60,263 nucleotides of DNA from a virus (lineage: Duplodnaviria > Caudoviricetes), in the IMG/VR virus record IMGVR_UViG_3300039002_000009, positions 1-60,263 of that record, one strand, 5' to 3'. The notes under the pieces are model-generated. The model was not told the DNA's origin, did no database searches, and saw only the letters and a list, made by a program, of their open reading frames with translations. The number at the start of each line of letters is the position of its first letter. Position 1 is the stretch's first letter. The translations under genes were made by a program, and so were the position numbers. Shown piece by piece: positions 1 through 8,727 of this stretch.

Positions 1-88
1 GCCCACGCAGCAGCCCACGCAGCAGCCCTCGCAGCAGCCCCCGCAGCAGCCCTCGCAGCAGCCCCCGCAGCAGCCCCCGCAGCAGCCA
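1..88 (-). repeat. 12-nt coding tandem repeat GCTGCTGCG(G/A/T)GG, about 7 units
   Basis: Directly visible. Only the first base of the fourth codon varies (Gly/Arg/Trp). Confidence 0.95.
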
Positions 89-377
89 TTCCTTCTCGGG
101 TGGCCTCGCCCGTGGCAAAACGTCTGGCAATCTCAATCGCCTGTTTGGGCCGATCTTCTCCAGCAGGGACCAAATGCAAAACGGCCTCGGCAAAATCACA
201 GGCTATAAGACGCAAACGAGAGTCATTTTTGTCTATAGTGGTCCGGGCGAGGAGCCAGATCATCCAATCGGAGCGATGGCAGTTCGTCCATGCTGTTTGG
301 AGATCGGGTTGGGTGGAGGCCCAATTACGAGCTTCCTCACATGCGTTGAGATGGGAGAGGATTGTTTTGAGTTTCAT
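1..377 (-). CDS. Imm5-like domain protein with C-terminal AAA(G/R/W) repeats, truncated at window edge
   Basis: Not in the ORF track because it runs off the edge. Manual translation from ATG at 377: MKLKTILSHLNACEEARNWA...CHRSDWMIWLL...RLRLIACDFAEAVLHL...EDRPKQAIEIARRFATGEAT then AAAG/AAAR/AAAW repeats. Confidence 0.75.
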   Translation of the reverse strand, partial: MKLKTILSHLNACEEARNWASTQPDLQTAWTNCHRSDWMIWLLARTTIDKNDSRLRLIACDFAEAVLHLVPAGEDRPKQAIEIARRFATGEATREGMAAAGAAAGAAARAAAGAAARAAAWAAAW

Positions 378-384
378 AAGTGGC

Positions 385-816
385 CTACGCTTTCGTAATA
401 TGGATGAGGGTTCCTGATTTGGAGTCATAGGTTCGAATACGGAGGCCAATGGCTGAGCCGATGGATTTCATGGACTGTTCGCCACTCATACCTTGCAAAT
501 AGATATCTCCCTCGCCTCTGCATACTCCATAGAAGTCTGGAAAGTGAGCGAAACGGCCGTTGATTTCAATCTTGATATCAGGATCCGAAAAGAACGCGCG
601 TAATTCATTTTGCCAGAGGTTTTCGAGGATCTGGGCAATGGCGCATCCAATGCGATCAAAGCCACATCCGCCAATGGCAAAAATACGTTTCTCGCGGTCA
701 TAGACCTGTAAGGACATGCCAGTCCGCGAAGGGATGCACTCCAGGATGATCGGGCGAGGATCCGGGAAGGCGATCCAATCCTTCAGATAAGCGTAACTGA
801 CAGGGTGCGTGGCCAT
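385..816 (-). CDS. hypothetical early phage protein
   Basis: ORF 385..876. Start moved to ATG 816, which follows an AAGGAG RBS and an intergenic hairpin. Confidence 0.75.
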   Translation of the reverse strand: MATHPVSYAYLKDWIAFPDPRPIILECIPSRTGMSLQVYDREKRIFAIGGCGFDRIGCAIAQILENLWQNELRAFFSDPDIKIEINGRFAHFPDFYGVCRGEGDIYLQGMSGEQSMKSIGSAIGLRIRTYDSKSGTLIHITKA

Positions 817-843
817 AGGCCGAACTCCTTTTTGTGCCTGCGA

Positions 844-885
844 TAGTGCAGGATGGAAAGCCCGCAGGCCCTCCACTCTGGACTA
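844..885 (-). promoter_or_regulatory. long intergenic hairpin with cUGCGg tetraloop (possible RNase III-type processing site)
   Basis: TAGTCCAGAGTGGAGGGCC-TGCG-GGCTTTCCATCCTGCACTA pairs end to end with C.C and A.C mismatches. Confidence 0.6.
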
Positions 886-1383
886 GATATCCTTCGAATG
901 ATCAGCATCGGCGCCTAGAAACGGCACGATAGCCATTTGTGGGTTATAGAGGACGAAGATGGGCAGATTATTCAAGGCATCATACATGACAAAGACCGGC
1001 ACTTCCTCAGATGTTTGTGGATCGAGAATGACCATATATTTTGCGGTATAAGACTCTTCGTCCATCTTGAAGGTATGTGTCTTGAGCAACTGGCCATCCT
1101 TGAAAGGATCTTCCTTGGCCTCTTCCATGCCAAAAGCGAGTTTCACGTGATTCATGCCGATCGCGAGGAGATGTCCATGATCGTTGTAGAGAAAGAGGAG
1201 GTCCTGAAATCTGCGCAAGGTGTATTCGCGGCCATAGATCTTTGCGATCTTGATGGTCTCACCCTGTGTTAACGCTACGTAGTTGAGTTGTTGAACCTGG
1301 ATCGTAAGTCCTGGTGTAGGGCTAGGCAGCGGCGCTGATGTCAGCATGGTCAGGGTCGCTGCCAGGATGAAACCTCGCAGCAT
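883..1383 (-). CDS. hypothetical protein with signal-peptide-like N-terminus
   Basis: 166 aa ORF, AAGGAG RBS, hydrophobic N-terminus MLRGFILAATLTMLTSA. Confidence 0.7.
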   Translation of the reverse strand: MLRGFILAATLTMLTSAPLPSPTPGLTIQVQQLNYVALTQGETIKIAKIYGREYTLRRFQDLLFLYNDHGHLLAIGMNHVKLAFGMEEAKEDPFKDGQLLKTHTFKMDEESYTAKYMVILDPQTSEEVPVFVMYDALNNLPIFVLYNPQMAIVPFLGADADHSKDI

Positions 1384-1481
1384 AAAGCATCTCCTTAGAG
1401 AGGGTCTCCGAAATTGGAGAAGGTAAATCGTAATCGTAGGGATTATCGATGGGATCGGGATCCATGATGACCTCCCGCGTT

Positions 1482-1523
1482 AGGTGTTAACCGCAGAGCC
1501 CGAAGGCTCTGGCGTTAGCATCT
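1482..1523 (-). promoter_or_regulatory. intergenic hairpin with cUUCGg tetraloop
   Basis: AGATGCTAACGCCAGAGCC-TTCG-GGCTCTGCGGTTAACACCT, followed by a GGGAGG RBS. Confidence 0.6.
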
Positions 1524-1713
1524 AGGAAAGGCGCTCCCCATAAATGGCCAGGAAGTTTTCAGATTTGCGCCACAGATGGAAGTCTGGCCGGCCTCCCACG
1601 TAGCGATAACGCACCTGATGTTCCTTGTCGTTGAATTCCAGGACTTCGACGATGGGACGTGTTCCCATCGGACCTGGCTCAACGAAGCGATAGCGGCTTC
1701 CGACTTTGATCAT
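1522..1713 (-). CDS. small hypothetical protein
   Basis: 63 aa, ATGA overlap with the upstream gene. Confidence 0.7.
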   Translation of the reverse strand: MIKVGSRYRFVEPGPMGTRPIVEVLEFNDKEHQVRYRYVGGRPDFHLWRKSENFLAIYGERLS

Positions 1714-2015
1714 GGCTGGATCCTTTCTGTGTGTTTGACGAATCGATTGTCTTCCGCGATATCACAGCAAGCGAGCCAAAGGAGACGCTTAAGATTTGGT
1801 TGATGATCCTGCATTTCGTGGTCTTCCCAAGCTCCATATTCGCTGAGGACCGTTTTGACGGTCTCCGGGTCCAACTTGTCTAGTTGGCGGCGAATGGATG
1901 GTTTCTCCATAAGTACCAATACGTCCAATTCACAATCTCCTTGATGACTACATGAGCGAGCATCACGGAGTTTGATGTTTAATTCAATCCGGCCTAGAGA
2001 TTCATACCAAATCAT
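1710..2015 (-). CDS. hypothetical early phage protein
   Basis: 101 aa, AAGGAG RBS, motifs CSHQGDC and RLLWLACCDI. Confidence 0.75.
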   Translation of the reverse strand: MIWYESLGRIELNIKLRDARSCSHQGDCELDVLVLMEKPSIRRQLDKLDPETVKTVLSEYGAWEDHEMQDHQPNLKRLLWLACCDIAEDNRFVKHTERIQP

Positions 2016-2028
2016 CGGATTCTCCTTG

Positions 2029-2073
2029 GTTGGTTTTCACCGTAAGGGCCATAGCCCCTGACGTGAGGATCAA
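2029..2073 (-). promoter_or_regulatory. intergenic hairpin with the same architecture as 1482-1523
   Basis: TCACGTCAGGGGC-TATG-GCCCTTACGGTGA, followed by an AAGGAG RBS. Confidence 0.55.
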
Positions 2074-2076
2074 TGG

Positions 2077-2271
2077 CTATGCATATACGTCTCGGATGCC
2101 CTCCCATACGAGCTGGCCAGCTTCGCACACTCTGATAGCTAAGCGATGGAGTCCTGTGCCGATTTCGTCGCCACAAAGGTTAGCTGCGGCCTCAATATAG
2201 CCCTTCTCGGTGCTGGCTCTGGTTATTCGCATTGCGCTATTGGTTCCTGTGCTGATGTAGATGCGCTTCAT
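2077..2271 (-). CDS. small hypothetical protein, first gene of the leftward arm
   Basis: 64 aa, GGGAGG RBS. Confidence 0.7.
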   Translation of the reverse strand: MKRIYISTGTNSAMRITRASTEKGYIEAAANLCGDEIGTGLHRLAIRVCEAGQLVWEGIRDVYA

Positions 2272-3660
2272 CTTGTCCTCCCGTGCTATCCCCTATAATG
2301 TATGATGGATGCCAAGATTAAAAATTTGCATCCCCAATGATATCAACACCGGATCCCTGAATAAACACACTGAGTGTCGCTATTGGTCAGTTTCGTGCGC
2401 CCATTACGTCACTTCTGGCCTCCATAGCGTCACCAAGCAATTTTTGCCTACTCACCCTAGTACATCTGTAACTATGTTATGTCTCAAAAAACCTAGATAA
2501 CTGGCGACAGCCAGTGCTCTGTCAGCCGGAGGCTGATACTCTTCTGCTATCCCATCACTTTAACTGTTAGCTCACACTTGAACTGTTCCCATAACAGTTT
2601 CCGGGATCTGCTGTGTCTTCTGTACAATTATACTATGACTATGCTCGCACCCTATACCATGTCATATTTACATGACACACTGTCGTATAATACCTCGTCA
2701 TACCGTTATTGTGATGTATATCATTTGTGTGTCATGTTATTATGACACCTCATATTCCTCTTTCTTATACAGGGTCGCATAATACAGTATCTAAGGAGGG
2801 GTGATGCAGTATGAGACGTGGCGATGCAGTATGCGGCGCGGAGGAGGGGGAGCGGAGCACACGGGGCCACGCGATGATGCGGAATAATACGTAGGCATCG
2901 TTTGCCGTGTGGGTCGCGCACGGGGGGTATGCCCTGGGGAAATGGGTCGCGAGATTGCGCGAGGGAGGGGTACGATGCATCTCTCATTGAACCAAAAATT
3001 CAGAATTCAGGTCCGGGTATTTCGAGAATTTCAGAAAACAGTCCCTTTCTCATTGAGCGTGAATTTCAGATTTCATCCAGGTTATTTTGCATTTTACCAA
3101 AAATCCCCCCGCATGAGGGGGGATTTAGTCATACGAGGGCAAAGCCCGAGTAGATCAGTAAACGACCGAGTGGGTCGAGGGGATAGGTTCCAACAGACAG
3201 AGTATCCCCCTTGGAGAATATTAGCGAAGGATACTCAAGTCTTTTAGGGACGTGTCAGAAGGACAGATTATTTCGGATTTCAGAAAAATCCTGAATCAGA
3301 CTCACGGTTCCGCGAGAGAGTCTGGGGGATTGCTCCCGTGTATCTGCGTAGTCGGAACGGTCAGTGGGAACTTGTCGTCCACACCACTTTGGCCCAGTCA
3401 GCCCTTCTGAAAGCCGAATGGGTTTCGCCTCACCAGGGGTCTTAGCCGTGGTCTTGGCTTCGTTGAAGATTTCCCCGCCGCATAACGCGGTGCTAAGGAG
3501 CGCGATGGGGTCCATGAGGAACATCGAGGGGGTCCTCTATCGCGGCCACTTGGGTCGCTTGACCCCAAGACTAAGACACTTGACCCCTCCCCGCAATACC
3601 ATTCGTTACGATACATCTTATTACGAGGTATTGACAGCCGGTGGGAATGTTCCACCATTA
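2272..3660. other. divergent, largely non-coding control region; candidate genome terminus/packaging region
   Basis: No convincing ORF. Contains paired palindromes, G-runs (2835-2970), repeated ATTTCAGA-like words (2998-3075, 3270-3290) and a hairpin at 3101-3126. Confidence 0.55.
2660..2747. promoter_or_regulatory. two TGTCAT-N6-ATGACA palindromes (operator-like)
   Basis: Copies at 2660-2677 and 2730-2747. Confidence 0.55.
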
Positions 3661-3676
3661 GACGCAGGTGGTGATT

Positions 3677-3871
3677 ATGAAATCCAAGATTAAAAAAACC
3701 CTTGAGCCTCGGAAGGTAGATTCCAAGCGGCGTATCATCCTCCCCGACTCTTTCGCTAGTCCTGGGGATGTTGTCCGCATTCAGCAGCCGACGGCTAATA
3801 GGATCATTATCAATCGGGTGAGGGTCAAACTTGTCCTTATCGACAAGGACCAGGGAGATAGTCGTGGCTAA
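3677..3871 (+). CDS. AbrB/MraZ/SpoVT-like DNA-binding protein
   Basis: RKVDSKRRIILP...PGDVVRI motif. TTGACA upstream, followed by an inverted repeat GGTGGGAATGTTCCACC. Confidence 0.65.
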   Translation: MKSKIKKTLEPRKVDSKRRIILPDSFASPGDVVRIQQPTANRIIINRVRVKLVLIDKDQGDSRG

Positions 3872-4157
3872 CATTGATATCCCGATCATCCAGAACAACA
3901 TGATCAAGGAGGCGGCCAAGGTTTCGATTTGGCATCAGCTCTTATCCATGGCTAATGCCAAGGGGTTCAAAAAGGGTTGGGCAGCTCACCAATTCATGGA
4001 GATCTTTGGTGATTATCCAAAGGGTATTCCGGACGGCATAGAACCGGTAACCCCTTCAATGAGGGCATGGTTTAGGGCCAAGGCCGAGGAGTGGCACGAG
4101 TCGCAACATGATCGAATCCCAAAAGGCGAGAAGAGCGATGAAGGAAGCCAAGCTTGA
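3864..4157 (+). CDS. protein resembling the C-terminal tail domain of phage SF2 helicases
   Basis: AKGFKKGWAAHQFMEIFGDYP motif, with no ATPase motifs present. Confidence 0.55.
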   Translation: MANIDIPIIQNNMIKEAAKVSIWHQLLSMANAKGFKKGWAAHQFMEIFGDYPKGIPDGIEPVTPSMRAWFRAKAEEWHESQHDRIPKGEKSDEGSQA

Positions 4158-4594
4158 CCGGAAAGGACCTTGTGATGATAGCCATCGATTACTGTTACAG
4201 GCATCAAGTGTGGAAATTATATGGAGCTTCCTGCCCGATGTGTGACCGAGAAATATCTTCTCATCCAAAACCAAGGCTTTGCAAGAGCAGGGATAGACAT
4301 GGGAATCATTGCTGCCTCCATGCTCTAGAGCAGACTGATTTTTGTAGACGTCATCAACCAAGGGAGAAGAATATGTCGACTAACTCTAGACCGAAAAGTG
4401 TCTATACTGAGGAAGAATGGTTTATTAAACAATGGGAAAAGGTCCACGATGTATTTTTAAATATGCCCGAATCTAAAGCTAAAACAGTTTGGAGGGAGGT
4501 TGGTAGGTATCACGGGGATCTTGATTATTGGGCGGAGGTTGCGAAATATCTCGTGAGTCTCATCCCTGATGAAGTCGTAAAGGACAACCCATGA
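4154..4594 (+). CDS. Cys/His-rich hypothetical protein
   Basis: 146 aa, several CxxC/CxxH motifs, coupled to neighbours. Confidence 0.6.
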   Translation: MTGKDLVMIAIDYCYRHQVWKLYGASCPMCDREISSHPKPRLCKSRDRHGNHCCLHALEQTDFCRRHQPREKNMSTNSRPKSVYTEEEWFIKQWEKVHDVFLNMPESKAKTVWREVGRYHGDLDYWAEVAKYLVSLIPDEVVKDNP

Positions 4595-4878
4595 GATCCC
4601 AAGTGCCTCCTGAGCTTCGAGCTGAACTTTGTTTCATAGCCGCAGGGGTGATGCTAGTCCCATTCTTGTGGATCATTCACCCTGGATCAGAAGTCCATCA
4701 CTGGTTCCGTATCGCATGGTGGATCTGTATGGCCATCGTCGCTATTGTAATCTACCGATTGAAACCATGGGACAACATCATCGGATCCATCTTTTGTATT
4801 ATCTTTGGTCCCATCACCCTGCTTACACTTCTTCTCTTCCGACTCACCTTGAGATGGGGGTCAACTCATGAGACTTGA
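4591..4878 (+). CDS. membrane protein (about 3 TM segments)
   Basis: Three hydrophobic stretches, ATGA overlap. Confidence 0.7.
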   Translation: MRSQVPPELRAELCFIAAGVMLVPFLWIIHPGSEVHHWFRIAWWICMAIVAIVIYRLKPWDNIIGSIFCIIFGPITLLTLLLFRLTLRWGSTHET

Positions 4879-5227
4879 AAAGCAAATCACAGTCGTTCGT
4901 TGTCCATGGAATGGATCCGTGGATCTTCGTTATGGGGAATCAGCCGGGGGCAACAAATGGTCCGCTGCCACCAACCTTATCATGGCGACCGTGGAAGATG
5001 GTGAACGCGTCCCCGCCTTCCTGACCCTTGATCGTGATGTTGCCCAACAACTTATCGATGGACTCTATGCCTGCGGATTCCGACCTTCAGGAGAGGTGGA
5101 ATCAGTCGGTCACCTTGCTGCGGTGAAGTACCACCTGGAGGACATGCGCACGTTAGCTTTCCATGCTCTTGGGAAATTACAAAAACCCTCAGAGAAGTTT
5201 GTGTGGCCAAACGGACCAAAGGCATAA
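4868..5227 (+). CDS. conserved phage hypothetical protein
   Basis: AQQLIDGLYACGFRPS...AVKYHLEDMR motif. Confidence 0.75.
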   Translation: MRLEKQITVVRCPWNGSVDLRYGESAGGNKWSAATNLIMATVEDGERVPAFLTLDRDVAQQLIDGLYACGFRPSGEVESVGHLAAVKYHLEDMRTLAFHALGKLQKPSEKFVWPNGPKA

Positions 5228-5229
5228 CC

Positions 5230-5400
5230 ATGACCAAGATTCTCTGCTACGAGTGTCCCACCTGTGGCTTCATGGTCTCCAGAAGGGAATACGAAGGCAC
5301 CGTCTGCTCTCCTGATTGCCACTGTGGTACACCTTGGTTTGAGTTCGTCCCTGTGTTTGGAGAAGAGAAACAACATGATCTCCTGAAAGGAGAGACCTAA
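5230..5400 (+). CDS. small zinc-ribbon protein
   Basis: CPTCG...CHCG. Confidence 0.6.
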   Translation: MTKILCYECPTCGFMVSRREYEGTVCSPDCHCGTPWFEFVPVFGEEKQHDLLKGET

Positions 5401-5802
5401 ATGACCTACATCCTGCGTTGCAATCGGTGCAGCAAAGAAATCGAGACCAAGCCTCACACGGCTGACACTCCAGATGGGTGGCTCTGGATCGAGCAAGATG
5501 TATACCTCTGCCCTGATTGCCGAAAGATCGTGATGGGATGGATCGATCGCAAGAGTCCTCTCCCAGATGAGAACAAGATCAACATCGTCCTGGTCTCATG
5601 GAAGGGGGAACACTCGGAGGGCGTTATCCCCGCCACTGACAAAACCTTCGAGGCCGACTCTAGTGGCATCCTTCTTGTCCATATCCCACACGTTCTCTAC
5701 CCTCCATCCACCTCCGGCCTTTCCTCCGAGAGAATGGAACAAGTCCTTAAGGTGATTGGGGCGGCGGTACGTGTGGGTCTCCACTTAGAGGACGAACTAT
5801 GA
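5401..5802 (+). CDS. zinc-finger hypothetical protein
   Basis: CNRC...CPDC, AGGAG RBS. Confidence 0.7.
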   Translation: MTYILRCNRCSKEIETKPHTADTPDGWLWIEQDVYLCPDCRKIVMGWIDRKSPLPDENKINIVLVSWKGEHSEGVIPATDKTFEADSSGILLVHIPHVLYPPSTSGLSSERMEQVLKVIGAAVRVGLHLEDEL

Positions 5803-5948
5803 ACACCCAACAGCGAGTTGACATGTGGTGTGCCATCTTCCTTCTCCTGGGGCTCATGGCCGGTCTTGGTGCAGCGTTCATGACCTCATCCTGCCGCGTC
5901 CCCGCCGTGGCTGAACACCCTGTGAAACCTCAAATCATTCGAGTCTAA
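5799..5948 (+). CDS. small membrane/lipoprotein-like protein (49 aa)
   Basis: Manual translation MNTQQRVDMWCAIFLLLGLMAGLGAAFMTSSCRVP..., ATGA overlap. Confidence 0.55.
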   Translation: MNTQQRVDMWCAIFLLLGLMAGLGAAFMTSSCRVPAVAEHPVKPQIIRV

Positions 5949-5957
5949 GGAGAAGGT

Positions 5958-6122
5958 ATGAAAACCAAACTTGGTCTTCCTGGTCTTGCCGCAGTCATGG
6001 TTATTGCCGCTGGTGCTGTTGCCTATTCGTGCCGCAATATATTTGCCGTGGTGATGTTAATAGTGGCTATCGCCCTCATCGCGTTTTTCTCCACTCTTGC
6101 CATTATCGTCACGGATATCTGA
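5958..6122 (+). CDS. small two-TM membrane protein (54 aa)
   Basis: AAGGAG RBS. MKTKLGLPGLAAVMVIAAGAVAYSCRNIFAVVMLIVAIALIAFFSTLAIIVTDI. Confidence 0.6.
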   Translation: MKTKLGLPGLAAVMVIAAGAVAYSCRNIFAVVMLIVAIALIAFFSTLAIIVTDI

Positions 6123-6355
6123 TGACCCCATCCGATACTTACTGTTATGCCACTCCAATAGAGATCATTAAGCATGAAAGCGATTTTGTGTATCGCGCTC
6201 GATGTATGGTCTTCATTGGTAACTTAGCTGCATATGCCATGAAGTATTTCGAATTACCCTTTCCGGGGAAAGTGTTTACCGAGGCCCTTGAGAATCGTCT
6301 TCAAGTGGAGTGTATTCGTGTCATGGCCCGAGAATTGGCTAAGGAGAACTCATGA
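6122..6355 (+). CDS. hypothetical protein
   Basis: TGATG coupling to the previous gene. Confidence 0.55.
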   Translation: MTPSDTYCYATPIEIIKHESDFVYRARCMVFIGNLAAYAMKYFELPFPGKVFTEALENRLQVECIRVMARELAKENS

Positions 6356-6597
6356 TCCAACCCGATGAACACAACGTCCCCGGCAGGAAGATCCCTGATC
6401 AAACCGTGGAGCTAACCAATGAACAGGCTCATCGAATAGCGAATATGGCAATACTTCAGTATCTAAGCCGATGGGCCTATCCGACAAGCAAAGGAGCCTA
6501 TAGCCTCCCTGGAACATTGAATCTACAATCCGCTATCGAAGATGCCATTGGCGAGCATCCTGGAGGCGATCCATATCCCCTAAAGGAGAAACGATAA
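6352..6597 (+). CDS. hypothetical protein
   Basis: AAGGAG RBS, ATGA overlap. Confidence 0.65.
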   Translation: MIQPDEHNVPGRKIPDQTVELTNEQAHRIANMAILQYLSRWAYPTSKGAYSLPGTLNLQSAIEDAIGEHPGGDPYPLKEKR

Positions 6598-6815
6598 TGC
6601 CAACCATAGTCAAAAACCTCAAAGGTGAAGACATCAAACTTCCCGTTGGCGAATACCGGCGCCGCAGGGCTCAAGCATATAAGGCGGGGACCATGTCCCA
6701 GCATGGCCAACCCCAGCCCATCTATTTCGAATTCTCCTTCGAGGTCGAGGAATGGCGCCGTGGCAAACAAGCCGATTTGCGGCTACGTGCAGAAATTGCC
6801 GATGGATTGAGATAA
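6597..6815 (+). CDS. hypothetical protein
   Basis: AAGGAG RBS, TAATG overlap. Confidence 0.65.
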   Translation: MPTIVKNLKGEDIKLPVGEYRRRRAQAYKAGTMSQHGQPQPIYFEFSFEVEEWRRGKQADLRLRAEIADGLR

Positions 6816-6824
6816 AAAATAGGC

Positions 6825-6853
6825 TTGCCTCTGCAAAGCAGAGACCTTACTCT
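6825..6853 (+). promoter_or_regulatory. sigma70-like promoter
   Basis: TTGCCT-N17-TACTCT with an A-tract upstream. Confidence 0.5.
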
Positions 6854-6870
6854 GATAGAGGATTGAAGGA

Positions 6871-7170
6871 GTGAGGCTATTTATGCAAGTGGTTCTCAAG
6901 CGGAAGTTGGGACTCGTTCTGAATCAAATGGATATGCGGGATGCAGGTGTGTTCCTGCATCTCTGTTTCAATGCAATGAAGTGCCAGCCTGAAGTTGTAT
7001 CGATCAGCGTAAAGCGGATGGCGGAGGCTCTAAGGTTCCATCCGATCACCGTCAAGGGCGCGCTGGACCATCTTGAAGAGATGGGTCTCGTTCAACTAGG
7101 GGAGCAGGAGCGCGGACCGAACGCTCAGCTCTACTACAAGATCCCAACCAAGTATGTGATCTTCGAATGA
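6871..7170 (+). CDS. winged HTH DNA-binding protein
   Basis: SVKRMAEALRFHPITVKGALDHLEEMGLV. Confidence 0.75.
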   Translation: MRLFMQVVLKRKLGLVLNQMDMRDAGVFLHLCFNAMKCQPEVVSISVKRMAEALRFHPITVKGALDHLEEMGLVQLGEQERGPNAQLYYKIPTKYVIFE

Positions 7171-7910
7171 CATCTGATCCCACAAAGAAACTTCCTATCA
7201 CGCTCCGTTCGCGGATGGAGGAATATTTCGAGGAGAATCCGACCATTGGCATGGGCGATCTCCGGGGATCAATGGCGCTAGAGATTCTTCAGCGACGGGA
7301 AGGCGGGGATTCGTGGATGATCCACGGGAAGAAATGTTCCCGCGCGGACGTTATGGAAATCATCGTGGACATGATGTGTGAGGGCTATCTCATCCCTGAC
7401 ATCCTGGCCTATAAAGGCGAGGGCGTGGCTGGCGATACGAAGATGCCCAAGAAGATCACCGTCGCTAACTGGATCAATGACTACGCTGACTTTCGTAAGG
7501 CTCTTGAGGCCGCTGAGATGATGTATGCCTTCCAGAAGGTTTCCGAGGCAGAACACATCCTTGATGGCTCGGATGACGTGAAGCAGACCAACCGGGATAA
7601 GGCACGAGCAGATCTCCGAATGCAGCTCGCGCAGGCCCTGCATTCCAAGAAGTTCGGCAAGAAGCAGACGATCGATGTCCAGCACCACGATGAGATCTCT
7701 GGTCCTGAAGCATGGACGCGCCTCAAAGCATTCCTGGTCAATAACCAGAAACTCATCGAAGAACATACAGGGATCGGCCTCAATGTCCCCGTGATTGAGG
7801 CTGAAGTCATCGAAGACCCTGTCCAGGAAACACCGGATGTCATGACACTCGGCATGGAAGGTGGTACCACCAAAGGCTCTTTCGAGGAGGGGTTACTATG
7901 GGATCAATAG
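7167..7910 (+). CDS. terS: terminase small subunit (Sf6-like HTH type)
   Basis: P..ITVANWI...FRKALEAA...RDKARADLRMQLAQALHSKKFG pattern, upstream of TerL. Confidence 0.7.
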   Translation: MTSDPTKKLPITLRSRMEEYFEENPTIGMGDLRGSMALEILQRREGGDSWMIHGKKCSRADVMEIIVDMMCEGYLIPDILAYKGEGVAGDTKMPKKITVANWINDYADFRKALEAAEMMYAFQKVSEAEHILDGSDDVKQTNRDKARADLRMQLAQALHSKKFGKKQTIDVQHHDEISGPEAWTRLKAFLVNNQKLIEEHTGIGLNVPVIEAEVIEDPVQETPDVMTLGMEGGTTKGSFEEGLLWDQ

Positions 7911-8098
7911 TCAGGTTTTTTGGAATTTCCGGAATAACCATTTTCACGATCACCGCGATTTATGGAGTAGGCATCTTGACAGGGAGGGTTTACTTCGGAA
8001 AGTCGGACGAGCCGTGGAAGAACGCTTTGGCCTGGCCGAAGTGGGTAGCCTTCGTGTTGTTGACCAAGCTGGGTGATTATCTCAAGAAGACGGTGTAG
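7898..8098 (+). CDS. small membrane protein
   Basis: 66 aa, two hydrophobic segments, GAGGAGG RBS. Confidence 0.6.
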   Translation: MGSIVRFFGISGITIFTITAIYGVGILTGRVYFGKSDEPWKNALAWPKWVAFVLLTKLGDYLKKTV

Positions 8099-8099
8099 A

Positions 8100-8333
8100 G
8101 TGTGCCCACCGTTGTATGAGCACGAATGCCTCGATTGCCATGCGATTGAGGAGCGGCTTCTCCCGGTAGAGAAGGGATGGGATTGTCAGATCTGTTCGAA
8201 GTGCGGAGGTCTGGCGTATCGAATCATATCGGCCTGTTCGTTCCAAATGCCTGGGTTCCACCATGGGCAAAATATCACACCTGACGATCTGTTAAACGGC
8301 TTCGAAAATGGGGACCCTCGGGACAAGGTTTAA
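8100..8333 (+). CDS. FmdB-family zinc-ribbon protein
   Basis: PLYEHECLDCH...CSKCGG..YRIIS...F...GF. Confidence 0.75.
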   Translation: MCPPLYEHECLDCHAIEERLLPVEKGWDCQICSKCGGLAYRIISACSFQMPGFHHGQNITPDDLLNGFENGDPRDKV

Positions 8334-8335
8334 TT

Positions 8336-8725
8336 ATGGCCAAGGTCCATTACTATCATACAGGTCCATTCCCAATTGAGTTCGGTTTCACGACGGATGA
8401 AGTGGCCTTCCGGCGGGAATGCAAAAAGTTAAGACCTGACGAAGATGTCCCCTTTCCCGATCTTGGAGCTACCTATTTTTTCCCTTCAGACAATAGATCT
8501 CCAGATTATGTCATCGTAGCGCTCCGGGTCCCAAAAGATCTCACGCCAAGAAGGGCTGCTGCCATCTTGGCCCACGAGGCGGTTCATGTATGGGGCCGCG
8601 TACTCGATACGATAGAAGCTAAAGACTACGACCGTCGCCCTAATGAGTTCCAAGCGTATTCAGTTCAGTATTTCCTTCAGTGTATGCTATGCAGTTTGGC
8701 AGAAATGACCAAAATCAAGGTGTAG
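8336..8725 (+). CDS. HExxH metallopeptidase-like phage protein
   Basis: LAHEAVH...NEFQAY. Confidence 0.7.
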   Translation: MAKVHYYHTGPFPIEFGFTTDEVAFRRECKKLRPDEDVPFPDLGATYFFPSDNRSPDYVIVALRVPKDLTPRRAAAILAHEAVHVWGRVLDTIEAKDYDRRPNEFQAYSVQYFLQCMLCSLAEMTKIKV

Positions 8726-8727
8726 TC

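Noticed and set aside
1-88. Diversity-generating retroelement behind the variable repeats
   Set aside because: No reverse transcriptase and no TR/VR pair are visible. The variation lies within tandem units.
878-885. Ninth copy of the cassette motif (TAG-TCCAG)
   Set aside because: It reads AGTCCAG rather than TGTCCA and is explained as one arm of the 844-885 hairpin.
2771-2800. dif-like Xer site (GGGTCGCATAA resembles a XerC arm)
   Set aside because: The XerD arm (TTATGTTAAAT) is not matched at the proper 6-bp spacing.
2309-3693. Short ORFs in the divergent region
   Set aside because: They overlap on both strands, lack RBSs and have atypical composition. The region is more consistent with non-coding control DNA.
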